Below, one piece after another: positions 1 through 14,369 of a stretch of 64,000 nucleotides of DNA. The stretch lies in NCBI GenBank assembly GCA_030390025.1, contig CM059432.1:143780001-143844000 (forward strand), written 5' to 3'. The notes beneath the pieces are model-generated. The model searched no databases. It had not been told where the DNA came from and worked only from the letters and a program-made list of their open reading frames with translations. Made by a program: the position numbers and the translations under genes. Numbering within the stretch: position 1 is the stretch's first letter; every line of letters begins with the position of its first letter. Source of the DNA: Squalus acanthias (Eukaryota).

Positions 1-475
1 CTCGGCCTCCTGCACTGTTCCAATGAAGGTTAACGGACACTCGAGGAACAGCACCTCATCTTTCGATTAGGCACTTTACTGCCTTCCAAACAACAGAGTT
101 CAACAATTTCAAATCATAACCTCTGGCCTCATTCCCTCCCCCCCGCCCCACAGACGGTAGCTGTTGCTAATTATTCTGATATTCTCATTTACAGCTCCTC
201 TCGACCCATCTTTTGTTTTACTTGTCCCATTACCACCCCCTTTCGCCTTGCACCATCATTCCTTTGTCATTTAATCTCTCCTGCCTTCCACCCGATCACA
301 GACTTTCCCTTTTGTTCCTTCCTCCCTTCCCCTGCCTCGGTACTTGCTTAAAAACTGTTCAATCTCTAACATCTTCCAGTTCTGAAGAAAGGTCACCGAC
401 CTGAAACGTTAACTCTGCTTCTCTCTCCACAGATGCTGCCTGACCTGCTGAGTATTTCCAGCATTTTCTGTTTAA
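1..475 (+). mobile_element. Penelope-like element 3' end (GIY-YIG C-terminus plus pseudo-LTR)
   Basis: 5' part translates to LEEQHLIFRLGTL; followed by a pyrimidine-rich pLTR with a hammerhead motif; similar to 15740-16208. Confidence 0.85.
378..414 (+). ncRNA. Minimal type I hammerhead ribozyme motif
   Basis: AGTT CTGAAGA A AGGTC acc GACCT GAAA CG TT AACT: intact core, stem I AGTT/AACT, palindromic AACGTT in place of stem III. Confidence 0.8.
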
Positions 476-562
476 ATTATGGAATTAAGTTGTTACACAC
501 TAGGTGTCAACTAATTTACTTTTGGATGTACAGACACGTTGTGAAACGAGGGCAATCAGAAA

Positions 563-821
563 CTTGCACCATCATCCCTTTTGTAATTTAATCGCTCCTG
601 CCTTCCACCCTATCAGAGGTTCCCTTCTGCGCTCTCCGCCCTTCCCCTTGAACTTGCTTAGAATCGGTTACATCACTAACCTTTTCCAGTTCTGCCGAAA
701 GGTCATCGACCCGAGTCATTAACTGTTTCTCTCTCTAGATGCTGCCTGACTTGCTGAGTATTTCCAGCATTTTCTGTTTTATTATTTCAGATTTCCAGCA
801 TCTGCAGTATCTTGCTTTTGT
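563..821 (+). mobile_element. Second Penelope pLTR copy with degenerate hammerhead
   Basis: Direct repeat of about 248-470; hammerhead core mutated (ctgccga...gagtc). Confidence 0.8.
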
Positions 822-3677
822 CATACTTTTAAACACTTCTTAAAGCCCACAGGAAAAAGTAGCAACTCAAATCTACATTGAAATTGTACTGTCAAAACAA
901 CCTGACTATAAATCATAGCACTGAATAAAATTGACAGAGGCTGATTGGATAATATGAACAACACGGCTGAGATGCAACCCACTCCAGCAGTTAAACAAGC
1001 CATTGAGAAATGCAAAATTAACTGAATTACAAGGTAGACAAATTCACATCATATTGATGCTTTTTGAACACAAAGTGTATAACAATGAGATATTTACCAC
1101 ATGTAGTACTGATGATTTGAATGCAAGGGAACCATGAATCAGTGACACAAGAGACATTTGAAATGTCCTTTGACCTGGCAACAAAAGGATTATTCACGTC
1201 ATTTATTTCTATGATGCAGTTAATTTTAGTGAATATTTTTTAGTTGCTGCCATTAGCACTTTTATTATACTTGCCTCTGGAGTCAAATTTTCACTGTGTA
1301 CATGGCTCCTAAACAAGGTTTAGTAAGTTACATTTAGCAGTCAACTGTCAACCTACAAATTATACCAGAAGTTTAAAAAAAAAACATTTGCCTGAAATTT
1401 TATGGCCAAAGTGCTTAATCTTCTGGTCAATCTCACTACATTCAGTATGCATGGTCCAAGATGAACTAGAATTTACCTTGGGAGACTCCTTCACATAGAA
1501 CAAGCTCCTATGTCCTGTCATTCAATGAGCTCATGGCTGATCTGTATCTCAACTCCATCTACCAACCTTGGTTCCATATCCTTTTATACCTTTGTCTAGG
1601 AAAAAATCTATTGATCTGAGATTTAAAATTATTACTTGAGCTAGCATCTACTGCTTTCTGTGTGAGAGTTCCACACTTCCACCACCTTCTGCATGAAGAA
1701 GTGTTTCCTAACTTCTCTCCTGAATGGCCTGGCTCTGATTTTAAGGTGATGTCCCCTTATCTTAGACTCCCCCGCCAGCGGAAAATGTTTCTCTCCATCG
1801 ACCCTATCAATTCCTTTCAAAATCCTAAAAACCTCAAGCAAATCAACCCTAAACCTTCTATATTTCAGGTGAATAAAAGCCCAGTTTATGCAATCTCTCC
1901 TTATAATCTAACCCTTGGAGCCCTGGTAACATTCTGGTGAATCTGCACTGCACTCCTTCCAAGACCAATATATCCTTTCTAAGGTGCGGCGCCCAGAACT
2001 GTACACAGTATTCCAGATGTGATCTAACCAAGGCTTTGTATAGCTGCAGCAAAACTTCCTCCCCTTTATATTCTAGTTATAAAGGCTAATATTCCATTGG
2101 CCTTTTGATTATTTTTCGTACCTGACTACTACATTTTGGTGATCTGTGTACACAGACCCCTAAATCTCTTTGAACCTCCACTGTTCCTAACTTTTCACTA
2201 TTTAATTAATACTTGGAACTATCCTTTTTTAGTCCAAAATGGGTGACCTCACACTTATGTGCGTTGAAATCTATCTGCCAGTGTCACCCACTCACAATCT
2301 ACCATTGTCTCTTTGTAATTGTTGCTTCCATCTACACTATTTACTATATCACCAATCTTTGTGCCATTGGCAAACTTGGACATATGACCTCTATTGTGTT
2401 ATTTAAATTATTCATAAATATAGTTAATAGTTGAGGGCACAGCACAGCTCCTTGTGGGACACCACCAATCATTTCCTTCCAATTAGAGTACATACCCATT
2501 AGCCCATCTCTGTCTTCTACCGCCTAACCAGGTCAATAATTTGCCTTTAATTACGCGAGCTTTAATTTTAGCTAACGGTCTCTTATGTGGCACCTTATCG
2601 AATGCCTTCTGGAAGCCAATATAATTATCCATAAACATTTCTCTGTCTATTACTTTAGTTATTTCCTCAAAAAATTCAATTTGGTTGGTTAGACGTGACC
2701 TGCCCTTTACAAATCCATGTTGGCTCTCTCTAATCAGCTCAAATTTCTCCAAGTGCTCAGTCACTCTATCCTTAATTATAGATTTCATATCAGGTCGAGA
2801 ATTCCCTGGCTTCTCTCTCACCTTCTTAAATAATCGATATGCTTTTGCAATTTTCCAATCTAAAGGGACAATTCCTGAATCAAAAGCGTTTTGGCAGATT
2901 ATGGTTAAAGCATCTGCAGTTTCCTCACCTACTTGCTTTAAAACCCAGAGGTGGAAACCAGTAGGTCCTGGGGATTTGTCAGTCTTTAGTGCCATTATTT
3001 TTTCTAATAGTTTCCTTGGTTACTTTAACTTTAGTGAGTTCCAGGCCTTGATTCATTAGTTTCCCTGGAATGCCAGGTATATTATCCTCTTGCTCTACTG
3101 TGAAGACCTGACAAAGTAATTATTCAACAAGTCTGCCATTTCCTTATTTTCATTTGCAATATTAGCCCCATCCGTATTTAAAGGGCCCACATTACCCTTG
3201 AGTACCCGTTTCTTCCAATATAATGGTAAACACTTGTGTGTTAATCACAATAATCCTCGCATGTTTCTTTTCGTATTCCTTTTTGCAGCTCTTACTACCT
3301 TGTTTGTCTTTTTCTGTTCTTTATATCTCTCCCAGCCCCCTGGATCTACACTAATCTTTGCACTTTTATACGCCTTTCCTTTAGTTTTAGGTTCTCTCTC
3401 CCCTCGTCAACCATGGCTTTTTTATTTGCTAAGTAGAGCGCTTTCCCCTTTAGGGTATATACTGGTCTTGTATTAGGCTAAAAAAAAATTTGAACACCTC
3501 CCACTGTAGTTTTACCCAAAAGCAGTTTTTACCAGTTTGCTGTAGTCAGTCTCTGTCTCATCCCATTGAAGTTAGCATTACCAAAATCTAGAATGTAGTA
3601 ACTGCGTTAAGGTTCTCCTTTTCAAACCTAACATGGAATTTGATATTATGATCACTGTTAGATAAATGTTCCCTTCC

Positions 3678-6600
3678 TGGGATCAAAAAGGAGACCTACG
3701 CATGGAGGCAGAGGCTGAGGTGCTAAATGAGTACTTTGCATCTGTCTTCACCAAGGAACAAGATGCTGTCATATAGTGAAGGAGGAGGTCGAGGAGATAC
3801 TGGATGGGACAAAAATTGATAAAGAGGAGGTACTAGAAAGGCTGGCTGTACTTAAAGTAGATAAGTCACCAGGACCAGATGGGATGCATCCTAGGTCACT
3901 GAGGGAAGTGAAGGAAGAAATCGCCGAGGTACTGGCCATAATCTTCCAATCCTCCTTAGAATCGGGGGTGGTGCCAGAGGACTGGAGATTTTCAAATGTT
4001 AAACCATTGTTCAAAAAAAGGGTGTAAAGATAAACCCAGCAACTACAGGCCAGTCAGTTTGACTTCGGTAGTGGCAAAGCTTTTAGAAACATTGATCAGG
4101 GACAGAATTAATAGTCAATTGGACAAGTGTGGATTAATTAAGGAAAGCCAGCACATATTTGTTAAAGGCAAATCGTGTTTAACCAACATGATTGAGTTTT
4201 TTGATGAGGTAACAGAGAGGATTGATGAGGGCAATGCGGTTGACATGGTGTACATGGATTTCCAAAAGGTGTTCGACAAAGTGCCACATAATAGGCTTGC
4301 CAGCAAAGTTGAAGCCCGTGGAATAAAAGGGACAGTGGCAACATGGATACGAAATTGGCTAAGTGACAGGAAACAGTAGTGGTGAACAGTTGTTTTTCAG
4401 ACTGGAGGAAGGTATACAGTGGTGTTCCCCAGGGGTCGGTTCTGGGACCACTACTTTTCTTGATATATATTAATGACTTGGATGTGGGTGTACAGGGCAC
4501 AATTTTAAAATTTGCAGATGACATAGAAACATAGAAGATAGGAGCAGGCCATTCAGCCCCTCGAGCCTGCTCCGCCATTCAATGAGATCATGGCTGATCA
4601 TCCAAATTCAGTACCCTGTCCCTGCCTTCTCCCCATATCCCTTGATCCCTTTAGCTTTAAGAAATATATCTAACTCCTTCTTGAATATATTTAATGAATT
4701 GGCCTCTACTGCCTTGTGGTAGAGCATTCCACAGGTTCACCACTCTTTGGGTGAAGAAATTCCTCCTCATCTCAGTCCTGAATGGCTTACCCCTTATCCT
4801 TAGACTGTGACCCCTGGTTCTGGACTCCCCGGCCATCAGGAACATCCTTCCTGCATCTAGTCTGTCCAGTCCTGTCAGAATTTTATAAGTTTCAATGAGA
4901 TCCCCTCTCATTCTTCTAAACTCCAGCGAGTATAAGCCCAATCGCCCCAATCTCTCCTCATAAGTCATTCCTGCCATCCCAGGTATCAGCCTGGTGAATC
5001 TTCGCTGCACTCACTCCATGGCAAGAACATCCTTCCTCAGATAAGGCGACCAAAACTGCACACAATACTCAAGGTGTGGTCTCACCAAGGCCCTGTCCAA
5101 CTGCAGCAAGACATCCTTGTTCCTGTATTCGAATCCTTTCGCTCCGAAGGCCAACATACCATTTGCCTTCTTAACCGCCTGCTGCACCTGCACGCTTACC
5201 TTCAGCAACTGGTGGACAAGGACACCCAGGTCTCGTTGCACTTACCCTTCTCCCAATCTATTGCCATTCAGATAATAATCTGCCTTCCTGTTTTTGACAC
5301 CAAAGTGGATAACCTCGCATTTATCCGCATTATATTGCATCTGCCATGCTTCTGCCCAATCACCCAACCTGTCCAAATCATACTGGAGTTTCTCGGCATC
5401 CTCCTCACGGCACACACTCCCACCCAGCTTTGTGTCGTCTGCAAACTTGGAGATATTACATCCAATTCCCTTGTCTAGATCATTAATATATATTGTGAAT
5501 AGCTGGGGTCCTAGGACCGATCCCTGCGGTACCCCACTAGTCACTGCCTGCCACTTGGAAAAAGACCCATTTATTCCAACTCTCTGCTTTCTGTCTGCCA
5601 ACCAGTTCTCTATCCAAGTCAATACCTTGCCCCCAATCCCATGTGCCTTAACTTTACACGCTAATCTCTTATGCGGGACCTTATCGAAAGCCTTCTGAAA
5701 GTCCAAATACACCACATCCACTGGTTCTCCCTTATCTATTTTACCAGTTACATCCTCAAAAAATTCCAGTAGATTAGTCAAGCACGATTTACCTTTTGTA
5801 AATCCATGTCGACTTTGTCCGATCCTGTCACTGTTTTCCAAGTGCTCTGCTATTACATCTTTTATAATGGACTCTAGCATTTTCCCCACTACTGATGTCA
5901 GGCTTACCGTTTTCTCTCTACCACCTTTTTTGAACTTGGAAGTATAGTGAACAGTGAGGAGGAGAGTGATAGACTTCAAGAGGACATAGACAGGCTGGCA
6001 GAATGGGCGGACACGTGGCAGATGAAATTTAATGCAGAAAAGTGCGAAGTGATACATTTTGGTCGAAAGAATGAAGAGAGGACATATAAACTAAAGGGTA
6101 CAATCCTAAAGGGGGTGCATGAACAGAGAGACGGAGGAGTATATGTGCACAAATCGTTGAGTGGCAGGGCAGGTTGAGAAAGCAGTTAAACTTACAGGAT
6201 CCTGGGCTTCATGAATAGAGGTATAGAGTACAAAAGCGTGGAAATTATGATGAACCTGTCTAAAACACTGGTTCAGTCTCAACTGGAGTATTGTGTCCAA
6301 TTCTGAGCACCGCACTTTAGGAAGGATGTGAAGGGCTTAGAGGGGGTGCAGGAAAGATTTACGAGAATGATTCCAGGAATGAGGGACTTCAGTTACGTGG
6401 ATAGACTGCAGAAGTGAAGGTTATTCTCCTTGGAGCAGATTTGATAGAGGTGTTCAAAATCATGAGGGGTCTGGACAGAGTAGATTGAGAGAAACTGTTC
6501 CCATTGGCAGAAGGGTCAAGAACCAGAGGACACAGATTTAAGGTGATTGGCAAAAGAACCAAAGGCGACATGAGGAAAAACCTTTTTACTCAGCAAGTGG

Positions 6601-6816
6601 TTAGGTTCTGCAATGCAATGCCTGAAAGGGTGGTGGAGGCAGACTCAATCCCAGCTTTCAAAAGGGAGTTGGATAAGTACCTGAAGGAAAAAAAATTTGC
6701 AGGACTACGGGGAAAGGGCGGGGGAGTGGGACTAGCTGAAGTGCTCTTGCAGAGAGCCGGCACGGGCTCGACAGGCCGAATGGCCTTCTTCCGTGCTGTA
6801 ACCAGTCTATGATTCT
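3678..6816 (+). mobile_element. CR1 LINE (3678-4520 and 5932-6816) nested in the previous element
   Basis: [35 protein letters not shown] ends at about 4522 and the ORF resumes as LGSIVNSEEE at about 5935; 3' tail tctatgattct. Confidence 0.9.
4521..5931 (-). mobile_element. 5'-truncated CR1 LINE, innermost of the nest
   Basis: RT domain in ORF 5242-6057 ([27 protein letters not shown]); ttctatgtttctatg tail at about 4521-4536. Confidence 0.92.
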
Positions 6817-8338
6817 GCTGTTAACTTGATTAAGTCTGGCTCATTACTCATTACTAAATCTAGCATGGCCTGCCCTCTTGTTGGTTCTAGAAAACTATAT
6901 TAATGCGCTCAAGTAATTCACTACCTTTCTGACTTGAGCTACTCTGCTCTTTCTAATCTGTATGAAAATTAAAGTCTCCCATTAAAGCAAATTTGCTTTT
7001 GCTGCCAGCCTCTCTAATCTCTGAATCAATACATTCAGCCACTTCAGTGCTGCTATCAGGAAGCCTGTAGGCAACTCCCATTACAGTTTTAAGTCCTCTC
7101 CTACTTAATTCTAAAACATAATAGTAGCTACAAATGGCAAACACTTAGACTACAAAAAAATCAACAATTCGACAGTGCAAATATGGAACTCCGGTGAAAG
7201 TGCTTTCCTAAATTGCTGGTGGTACTTTCTAGGCTGTTATGCATTCAGCATGCTGAAAAAAAAACCACTTGCTTCATCTTGCCAAGAAACAAAGTTGCGA
7301 GGCTAAATTTAAATGCTCCTGGTTAAAAAAAGAGTACAAGTTTGAAAGGGTTTTCAAAATATCCCACATCCGTTTAGTCTATAATTTATAGCAAAGATTC
7401 AACGTTTGGTTTTATTTTTAAACGACAGTGAAACCTGCATTACCCACCAGCAATACCACAAGCATTGGAATGAAGACAAGTACAATACAAATAAAAGGAA
7501 CTTAATCTTTTTGGGGCTGAGGCTGATTTATGCCAGACAGAAGATTGGTGTTAGTGGACTGCACAATGAGGCAATGTCTGGCTTTATCCCATGGAAACAC
7601 TGGCAAACAAACAGGCAAGGTGAATAATGGAGGTTTTACTGTGGCACAGCAGTGGCATGTATTTTGACGACATCGGAAAATTATCGCCAAACAAGAAAAT
7701 TCAGCTACAAGTTTGAACTACCGCAAGGAGCTTCAATATACTATCTGGTCTTGGCATTCATTTCGCCTTTACCATTGCAAGGCCTTTTGAACTTAAGGGA
7801 TTTGGATAAATTTATAACTGTCTCGCATGAAATACAGATAGAGGTTATGGGGAAATGGATTTTTGTCGTAGAACAACCTAACAGTATAATAAACTTCACT
7901 ATCCAAGTCTATATAAAATAGATGAAGTCTGACAGTTTAATCTCCACACATTACTATATACCAATACTTGATTGATAATCCCTTACGGGTCAATTGGAGT
8001 GATTAGATAGCATTTTAAATCTGTGCTTCAAAAGTTTTCAACACCAAAATTCTATAATGGTGTAGCTTTTCCTCATCTAAAGATGCAGATTATATTGGAT
8101 TGTTTCTTCAATTGCAGATACACCGAAATTTATTTTAAAAAAGGCAACCAGCCAGCAAATTGAAACAGGGATACCTGTTCCATCCCCCAAAGTGTGCCTG
8201 TTAGAAAATAAGCAGACATTTATGATGGTCAATGCAAAAATTAAACTCAATAAGTGCTTCAACCCAAAGTCATTTGAAACATTCTTTTAATGTAAAAGAT
8301 TAACTGGCAAACACATGGTCTGCAGATTGAGGACATAC

Positions 8339-8445
8339 CATTACTGTTTTTTTGATCCTATGTGAAGGGCCTGGGTACTCTGCTGAATACAAGTCTGTCA
8401 GAAACAAAGAGTTGATGAGCGTCGACTTTCCTAATCCTGATTCAC
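8339..8445 (-). CDS. SEPTIN7: Septin-7 coding exon, 107 nt, G1/P-loop
   Basis: Minus strand ttgcag|GT GAA TCA GGA TTA GGA AAG TCG...ACA GTA ATG|gtatgt = (G)[35 protein letters not shown]; joins the 52901-53003 exon in frame (G|GT = Gly). Confidence 0.98.
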
Positions 8446-10043
8446 CTGCAACATAAACAGTTTCAAAAAAATGTTAACAAATGACTTGTATTGCCTGCAA
8501 TCCTCAAGAATTTTGATCCTCTTACCCCTTTAACTCTTTAAACGAGCTCAATTAGAGCTATAGTAGTTACTGGAGATTTGCCAAGTTTAGTCAAAGAATA
8601 CATGATCACCCCAAAACAGACAATTAACATTCAAAAACAGCAAAAGCTACCCTTTACTTTTCAAATGGATTAAAATTCCTCACCAGCTTAAAAATATAAA
8701 TCCTCTGAAGGTATATTAAAAACAAATTAGCAATCATTTGAACTAGGTTGTGGTTTGAAGCCTTCTTTGATCCCATGACACTGTCTGTCCCTCATTTCCT
8801 GCCCTATTCTCTACTCCATTGGCACTTGCTCTTTCAGCCATTTTTCCCAATCCTCCAGATCTCCCTCCCAAAACCCCTTTGCCTCATCTCTCCTCTTCCC
8901 GATTTCAAAAGACTAAAAACTTTGCTGTCCCACTGCTTTTCTGGCTCTGCCCCTCAACTCCACTCAACCTATTATTTCTATGTAGCGTCCACTTTAATTT
9001 AGTCAATCTGTTAAGTGTTCCGGGATGTCTTTCTAATTGCAAGCCGACTCAGGAGACAAGCTCACTCGTAACGGAATTGGCAAGGCAGCACTAAAGCGGC
9101 AATGTTCTGTAAGAAATGGTCCAATATCCTAAATACCTGCCCAATGTGAAGATCAAAATCCATGCCAAACAAGAAAGCTCTTCCAACTATCTGACTTCTT
9201 CCAAGATCCCAGTGTTTTATTTCATGCCTTACTTTGATTAATTATCTTCAAACTAAAACCAAGAGGTGAAATGAGTGAGTTATTGCCAGAATAAATTCCT
9301 GGGATCATGGCCACTTCACTGAAGACCTATAAACTCTTAATCACATTTTAGTGTTAATAGCACAACAGTGCCTGGAACCCATTTGGGCATGTTGGTGGTC
9401 CAATGCAGAGAGCTGGAGTTTCAATAGTAATTAGGTTCCCCCTCAGATTCCCCACATGGTAAGTTCCCATCAGGGAAGCAAATATCAGGCCTGACCATTC
9501 CCTTTCTCCCTCCCCACAGGAAAAAGGCAAAAGGGATCAGGTCAGGTCATTCTTTCACACCTCCCACAAAGTAACTTAAGATTGACCATTGATGGCTTAG
9601 CAAGTTGACTACCTGAATGATCTGTCACCCAGCAAATGAGGCACACAGTATGTTAAAAGCTGAAGATGGGGAAAAACAAAGTGAAAGTAAAAGGTAGAAA
9701 AATATGCTGATAGGCGGAGATGAAGTAGATGGAATGGGAGGAGACTCATGTGGAATATAAACACCAGCACAGACTAATTTGGGCCAGAAGGCCTGTTTCT
9801 GTGCTGTATATTCTATGTAAGTAGTACCACAGAGCTTTTCAATGTTTTTAAAACTCTTTGGTGCAAGGGAGTTCTCTGCAAATATTGACACTCGCAGGGA
9901 CCACCTGTCCTAACTTTGGAAAGTGTTAGCTACACAAACGATTTCTCAGGCTAAGGCTCAAACACCCTAAACTGTGGCATCTATGATTAAGAAATATACC
10001 CATGGTTTTAAATTGCATCTGCAGCAAAGTCTGCACATTAGGC

Positions 10044-10168
10044 GTTAGCCATGGCTCAGTGGTAGCACTCGCACCAGAGGCAGAAAGCGAGTTCAAGCCC
10101 CACTCCAGAGACTTGAGCACATAAGCTAGGGTGACGCTTCAGTGCAGTGCTGAGGGAGTGCTACACTT
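10044..10168 (+). mobile_element. tRNA-derived SINE head (DeuSINE-type)
   Basis: A box tggctcagtgg, B box gttcaagcc; downstream sequence shared with 14360-14400 and 25325-25360. Confidence 0.7.
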
Positions 10169-11395
10169 TAGAAGTACATAATTGGAGAGTCAGTCATTAC
10201 AAACCAGTTTGAAACATGCTAAATTAACTTAGCCATTGTACAAGAATATACAATTTCTGCCGTGTTTTGCAGTCAGGTCCAATTGTAATATCACACCAAG
10301 ACCTCTGCATCTTTCCACAGGCATTTGGAGCAGAATCTGATAATCTGGGGCCCTGGCGAGTTCCATAAGTGGTTTACTGAGATTTTAGGCGATTGAACAA
10401 GCTCATTAACGTTCCCCATCTATGTAGAACTTCAAGGACTCAATGTAGAAGTTGAAACAATCAGTATCTTGCATCTTTCTTTTAAGTGCATCACTAATTG
10501 GGGAGGGGGTGGGGGGGAGGATCAGGAGCAGAGTTAGGGTTCTTGTTTTTCAGATTTTCAAACTAGATACTGCGACTGTGCAGGTAAATTATAATTGTTC
10601 TTCATTCCCTTGAGGGCAAGGCACAAAATGATAAAATGTTGACATTCAATCATTTTGTAGCAATGCTAAATGTCAGAAGCAGATCGATATTGTAATCTCC
10701 AATACAAGGTTGAAAGTCGTGCATGGCACTAATTTGATTAAAAATTTATCAGAATATCCATAATTTGATCAAATAAACATTATATCCACTCATGGTCCCA
10801 AGTCTGATCGGGAACATCCCATCAGCTTTATTCTGCTGGGTCTGCGGCCAGTTCACATGCCCCATGTCCTACCAGCTTCTAAGTAACGCAGAAACCTACT
10901 CACGACTGCAATCGACTGGTGAATAAAACAGTGCAATTACCTACTGTACTTAGAATAATTGGAACATAAACCTTAGTTCCATTACCGTACAAGAAATCTA
11001 CAGATCTGCTTTGAAATAGGCTTCAGTAGCTTATTTTTGAAATTGGCTTCAGGAGCTTATTTTTGAAATTAGAGTCAAGTACTGCTGCAAGCTTTCTTCC
11101 CATTTACTTGAGGGGGTTAGGGTGGGTGTTCCCAAGAGTTGGAACAAGATGACTGAAGGCTCTGCCACCACTGGTGGGGAATAAAGGATCAATTGGGTTA
11201 TAAGTTGAAAAATATAACATTGTCATTGCTAGAGCGAGAAGATGACAACAAACTTGGTAAATCTTTTTGCATAAACTGGCATTTTAATGAACCGATGTAA
11301 ATTGCAATAGTATCCGTACAGACACAAGACTATTTTTAAATAAAAACACTCCTGTGGAACGAAATTATTCTACGAGTCATTCAGAGGCTCCGCGT

Positions 11396-11663
11396 GCCGT
11401 CTCAGGCGGACATAAAAGATTATAAGGCATTATTCGAAGAGGAGCGGGGGAGCTCTTCCCGTGTCCTGGGCCAACATTTATTCCTCAACCAATATCACTA
11501 AATCATTTATCTTATTGCTCGTTGTGGCAGTTTGCTGTGTGCAAATTGGCTGCCGCGTTTCCTGACTAAAGTCAGTGACTACACTTCAAAAATACTTCAT
11601 TGGCTATAAAGCACTTTGGAATGTTCTGAAGTCATGAAAGGTGCTATATAAATGCAAGTTCTT
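11396..11663 (+). mobile_element. DeuSINE (SacSINE1-like)
   Basis: Deu core tgctgtgtgcaaattggctgccgcgtttcc and tail gctatataaatgcaagt. Confidence 0.8.
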
Positions 11664-13608
11664 TGTCATAGGTCCAAAAATATTTGAAGCATTAGTCAAG
11701 AAAAAGGCCAACTTTAATATAAATCCTAATTCAGTAATCAATAATCAATCAGTGTCCCATGCAGGAATGTGGTTCACAACTGGTACATTAATGTTAATAG
11801 GGAAGGTATTTTAACAGCTTGAATTAACTTCTGGAACCAGTCAATTCTTCCCAAACATTGGGATTTAAGATTGGCATTACGGTCACTGGGCAAAACATTA
11901 TTGTTGCTTTGATACTCAGTGTGGTCACACTTGAGTGACAGAGTGTGCAAGAAATTGCTTGTACTTTAAGGGTGAAACTATTCTTACAATCCCAGATTCC
12001 GCGAATCCTCATCAGTGATCAGAAAGCAACAGAGCTCCCCGAGCAATGCTTACGTTTATATGACATATATGTTGTATTTTGCCTGTTTTATTGATTCTGG
12101 TCAGAAGTTTAGTTTGCTCGTAGTCCAACAGCGTGAACACATTGACAGTAGGCATCCTACATATCTCCAATAAGCAATTTGCCATGATGAGTTACTGTGC
12201 CATATTGAGTCAGTGTAGGAGATATAGATTTAAATTCATTAGATGCCCACTTACAGAAACCAAGCCATTTACACAAGAGGTGTTGAAAAAGCCTGATGTG
12301 CAACTCTGTCATCCAAGTCTTTTAGTTAACAGCTGTAGTACTCAAAATGCCTGCCCTCCACCCGATCACAGCCATCAATTTGGGATGTGCACTAAATGCC
12401 AGCCACGCCCATATCCGGAGAATGGATTAAAAAATTACATCACTCATGCTTAATTACTTTTGTTGTTGTGAACCACAAAGTTCACTAGAACTGAAAATTA
12501 CAAGACTGAGCTCTGAAAAGCAATCACGTAGCCTGGGACTTTGCTCAGAGAAAACTGAAGGGAGGCTTACAAAATGATGAGTGATTCAGAGCGTTGGAAC
12601 TACGTTGTACGACTAAACAGAGAATTCCAGAACCAGCAGGCCTAGATTCAAGATGAGAAAAACTGAAATAGGAAATGCAGACATTTCTTTAATTAAAAAA
12701 AAGTTCAAGATTGGAACAAATTTCCGATGTAGGTGACTGAACAGGAAATTTTGACGGGTTTCATAAAGGAAGTAGCTAAGTTCCTGGCATTAGAAAGTAA
12801 AACATGGTTATTAAAGTTAACATAAATGTAGAGATATCTACTGGAAAGGAGAGAATATTTGGGAGGCTGATGGACTGCAGCCACTGTTGTAGATTAAACT
12901 TCATAAGCTTTCATTTTTCCCTAGCACAGTGGAGAGCAGAGGAAACGAATCAAACACAAAGTTCCTGAAAGTGTGGCTCCAGTGCTGCATTTCGGAGTTG
13001 CCTATTTTCACACTTGGAACGTTATTTTGCTTCCACAATCAACTAAAAACCGTGAAAGACACCGGCTCAGTGGCCTGACCATCATTAGGGTCATTCTGAC
13101 AGACAAAATACAAAAGGAAAACTGAAGTTTGGTAATGCTGTTGTGTGTGCGGAAAGGCAGTTGTAGATGTACTCAAGGAATCAGAGCAGCACTATAATAA
13201 GATTCACACCTGAAAACTATACTGCAGTTGCTCAAGAGCAGGACAGCACCAAATTGCAAGAATCGTCTTTAAAGCAATATTTTCCTTGAAGGCATACAAG
13301 AGACAAATGTTCAACACAGTGCCCTTACTACAGCACTGCTGCCAGGTGCATTCCAAAAATTCTTTCAATTTTTCAGTGCCCAAACATCCGTGTTTATCCG
13401 GCAAAGGTTTGCTGGAGACAATACTGGAACAGATTACCAACGCAGATTGGATTTTCATCCACTGACAGCTCAAACAGAACTTACAGTTTTGTGTAGTCAG
13501 CAAGTGGACCTGAACCATGAAGTTATGACAATTAGTGATACATCACTGAAAACTGCTTACAACCAGCTCAACCCGTGTTTACAGAATAAACCAGCAGTGA
13601 TATAGTGA

Positions 13609-13822
13609 GCAATAACAGAAGATGCTGGCAACACTCAGCAGGCCAGGCAGCATCCGTGGAGAGAGAAACAGAGTTAACGTTTCAGGTCTGTGACCCTTTG
13701 TCAGACCTGAAATGTTGACTCTGTTTCTCTCTCCACGGATGCTGCCTGGCCTGCTACTGAGTGTTTACAACATTTTCTGTTTTTGCTTCGGATTCCAGCG
13801 TCCACAGTGTTTTGCTATTGTA
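13609..13822. mobile_element. Palindromic Penelope pLTR-only insertion
   Basis: Inverted pLTR arms centred near 13700; TSD CAGTGATATA(G/A)TGA at 13595-13608 and 13823-13836; hammerhead core mutated (CTGACAA). Confidence 0.8.
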
Positions 13823-14369
13823 CAGTGATATAATGAAGCTTTTCTATCAGGTACCTCAAGTTTATAGATTGGATTTTCAGCTTAAATTTCAAAGAAGCTG
13901 TGAGCTCACATTATAGCAGTATCAATTATACTCAGCACAAATCAAATGGTTAACTATACCATTGTATACAGAGAACAAAACCAGCACTGCTATTTAATAA
14001 TAGATGACCGGACAAACTTGCAAAAAGTTGGTTACATATATAATTTGGTCTTCATTCTTAGAATGGCATCCCCCTCCTTCCACTGTAATAGTATGTGAGT
14101 TTGACAAGTTCAGGGGAAACTCTGCACCAAGTGGGCACAACATTGCAGATAGGGGCCTGGAAATTACTGCGTATTTGCACCGAGATACACATGCAAGCAG
14201 GGTGCAAATCAAATATGCAGCCTAAAAGGCGGCGTAAGCGAGTTATGCGCGCAAGCACAATACGCCCAAATCTCCTCGATCCTTTACTATAGTTCATCAA
14301 TCCTCCGTCTGAACACCTCTCCATCCATAGCAATGGCCCCATCCAAGTTACAGAACCTTATAAGCCCCA

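Larger units (their letters stand above)
1492..7140 (-). mobile_element. Decayed CR1 LINE (pieces 1492-3677 and 6817-7140) split by nested insertions
   Basis: RT motifs [30 protein letters not shown]; endonuclease motifs SDHN (about 3650), LDLVMSNEP and MGDFN resume after 6817. Confidence 0.9.

Noticed and set aside
5242..6057. 271-aa RT ORF as an active element
   Set aside because: Chimera of two opposite-strand CR1 copies; truncated, with no endonuclease or ORF1.
1..8338. Next SEPTIN7 exon (expected VEQSKV...DTPGFGD)
   Set aside because: Not found by eye; presumably lies beyond position 1.
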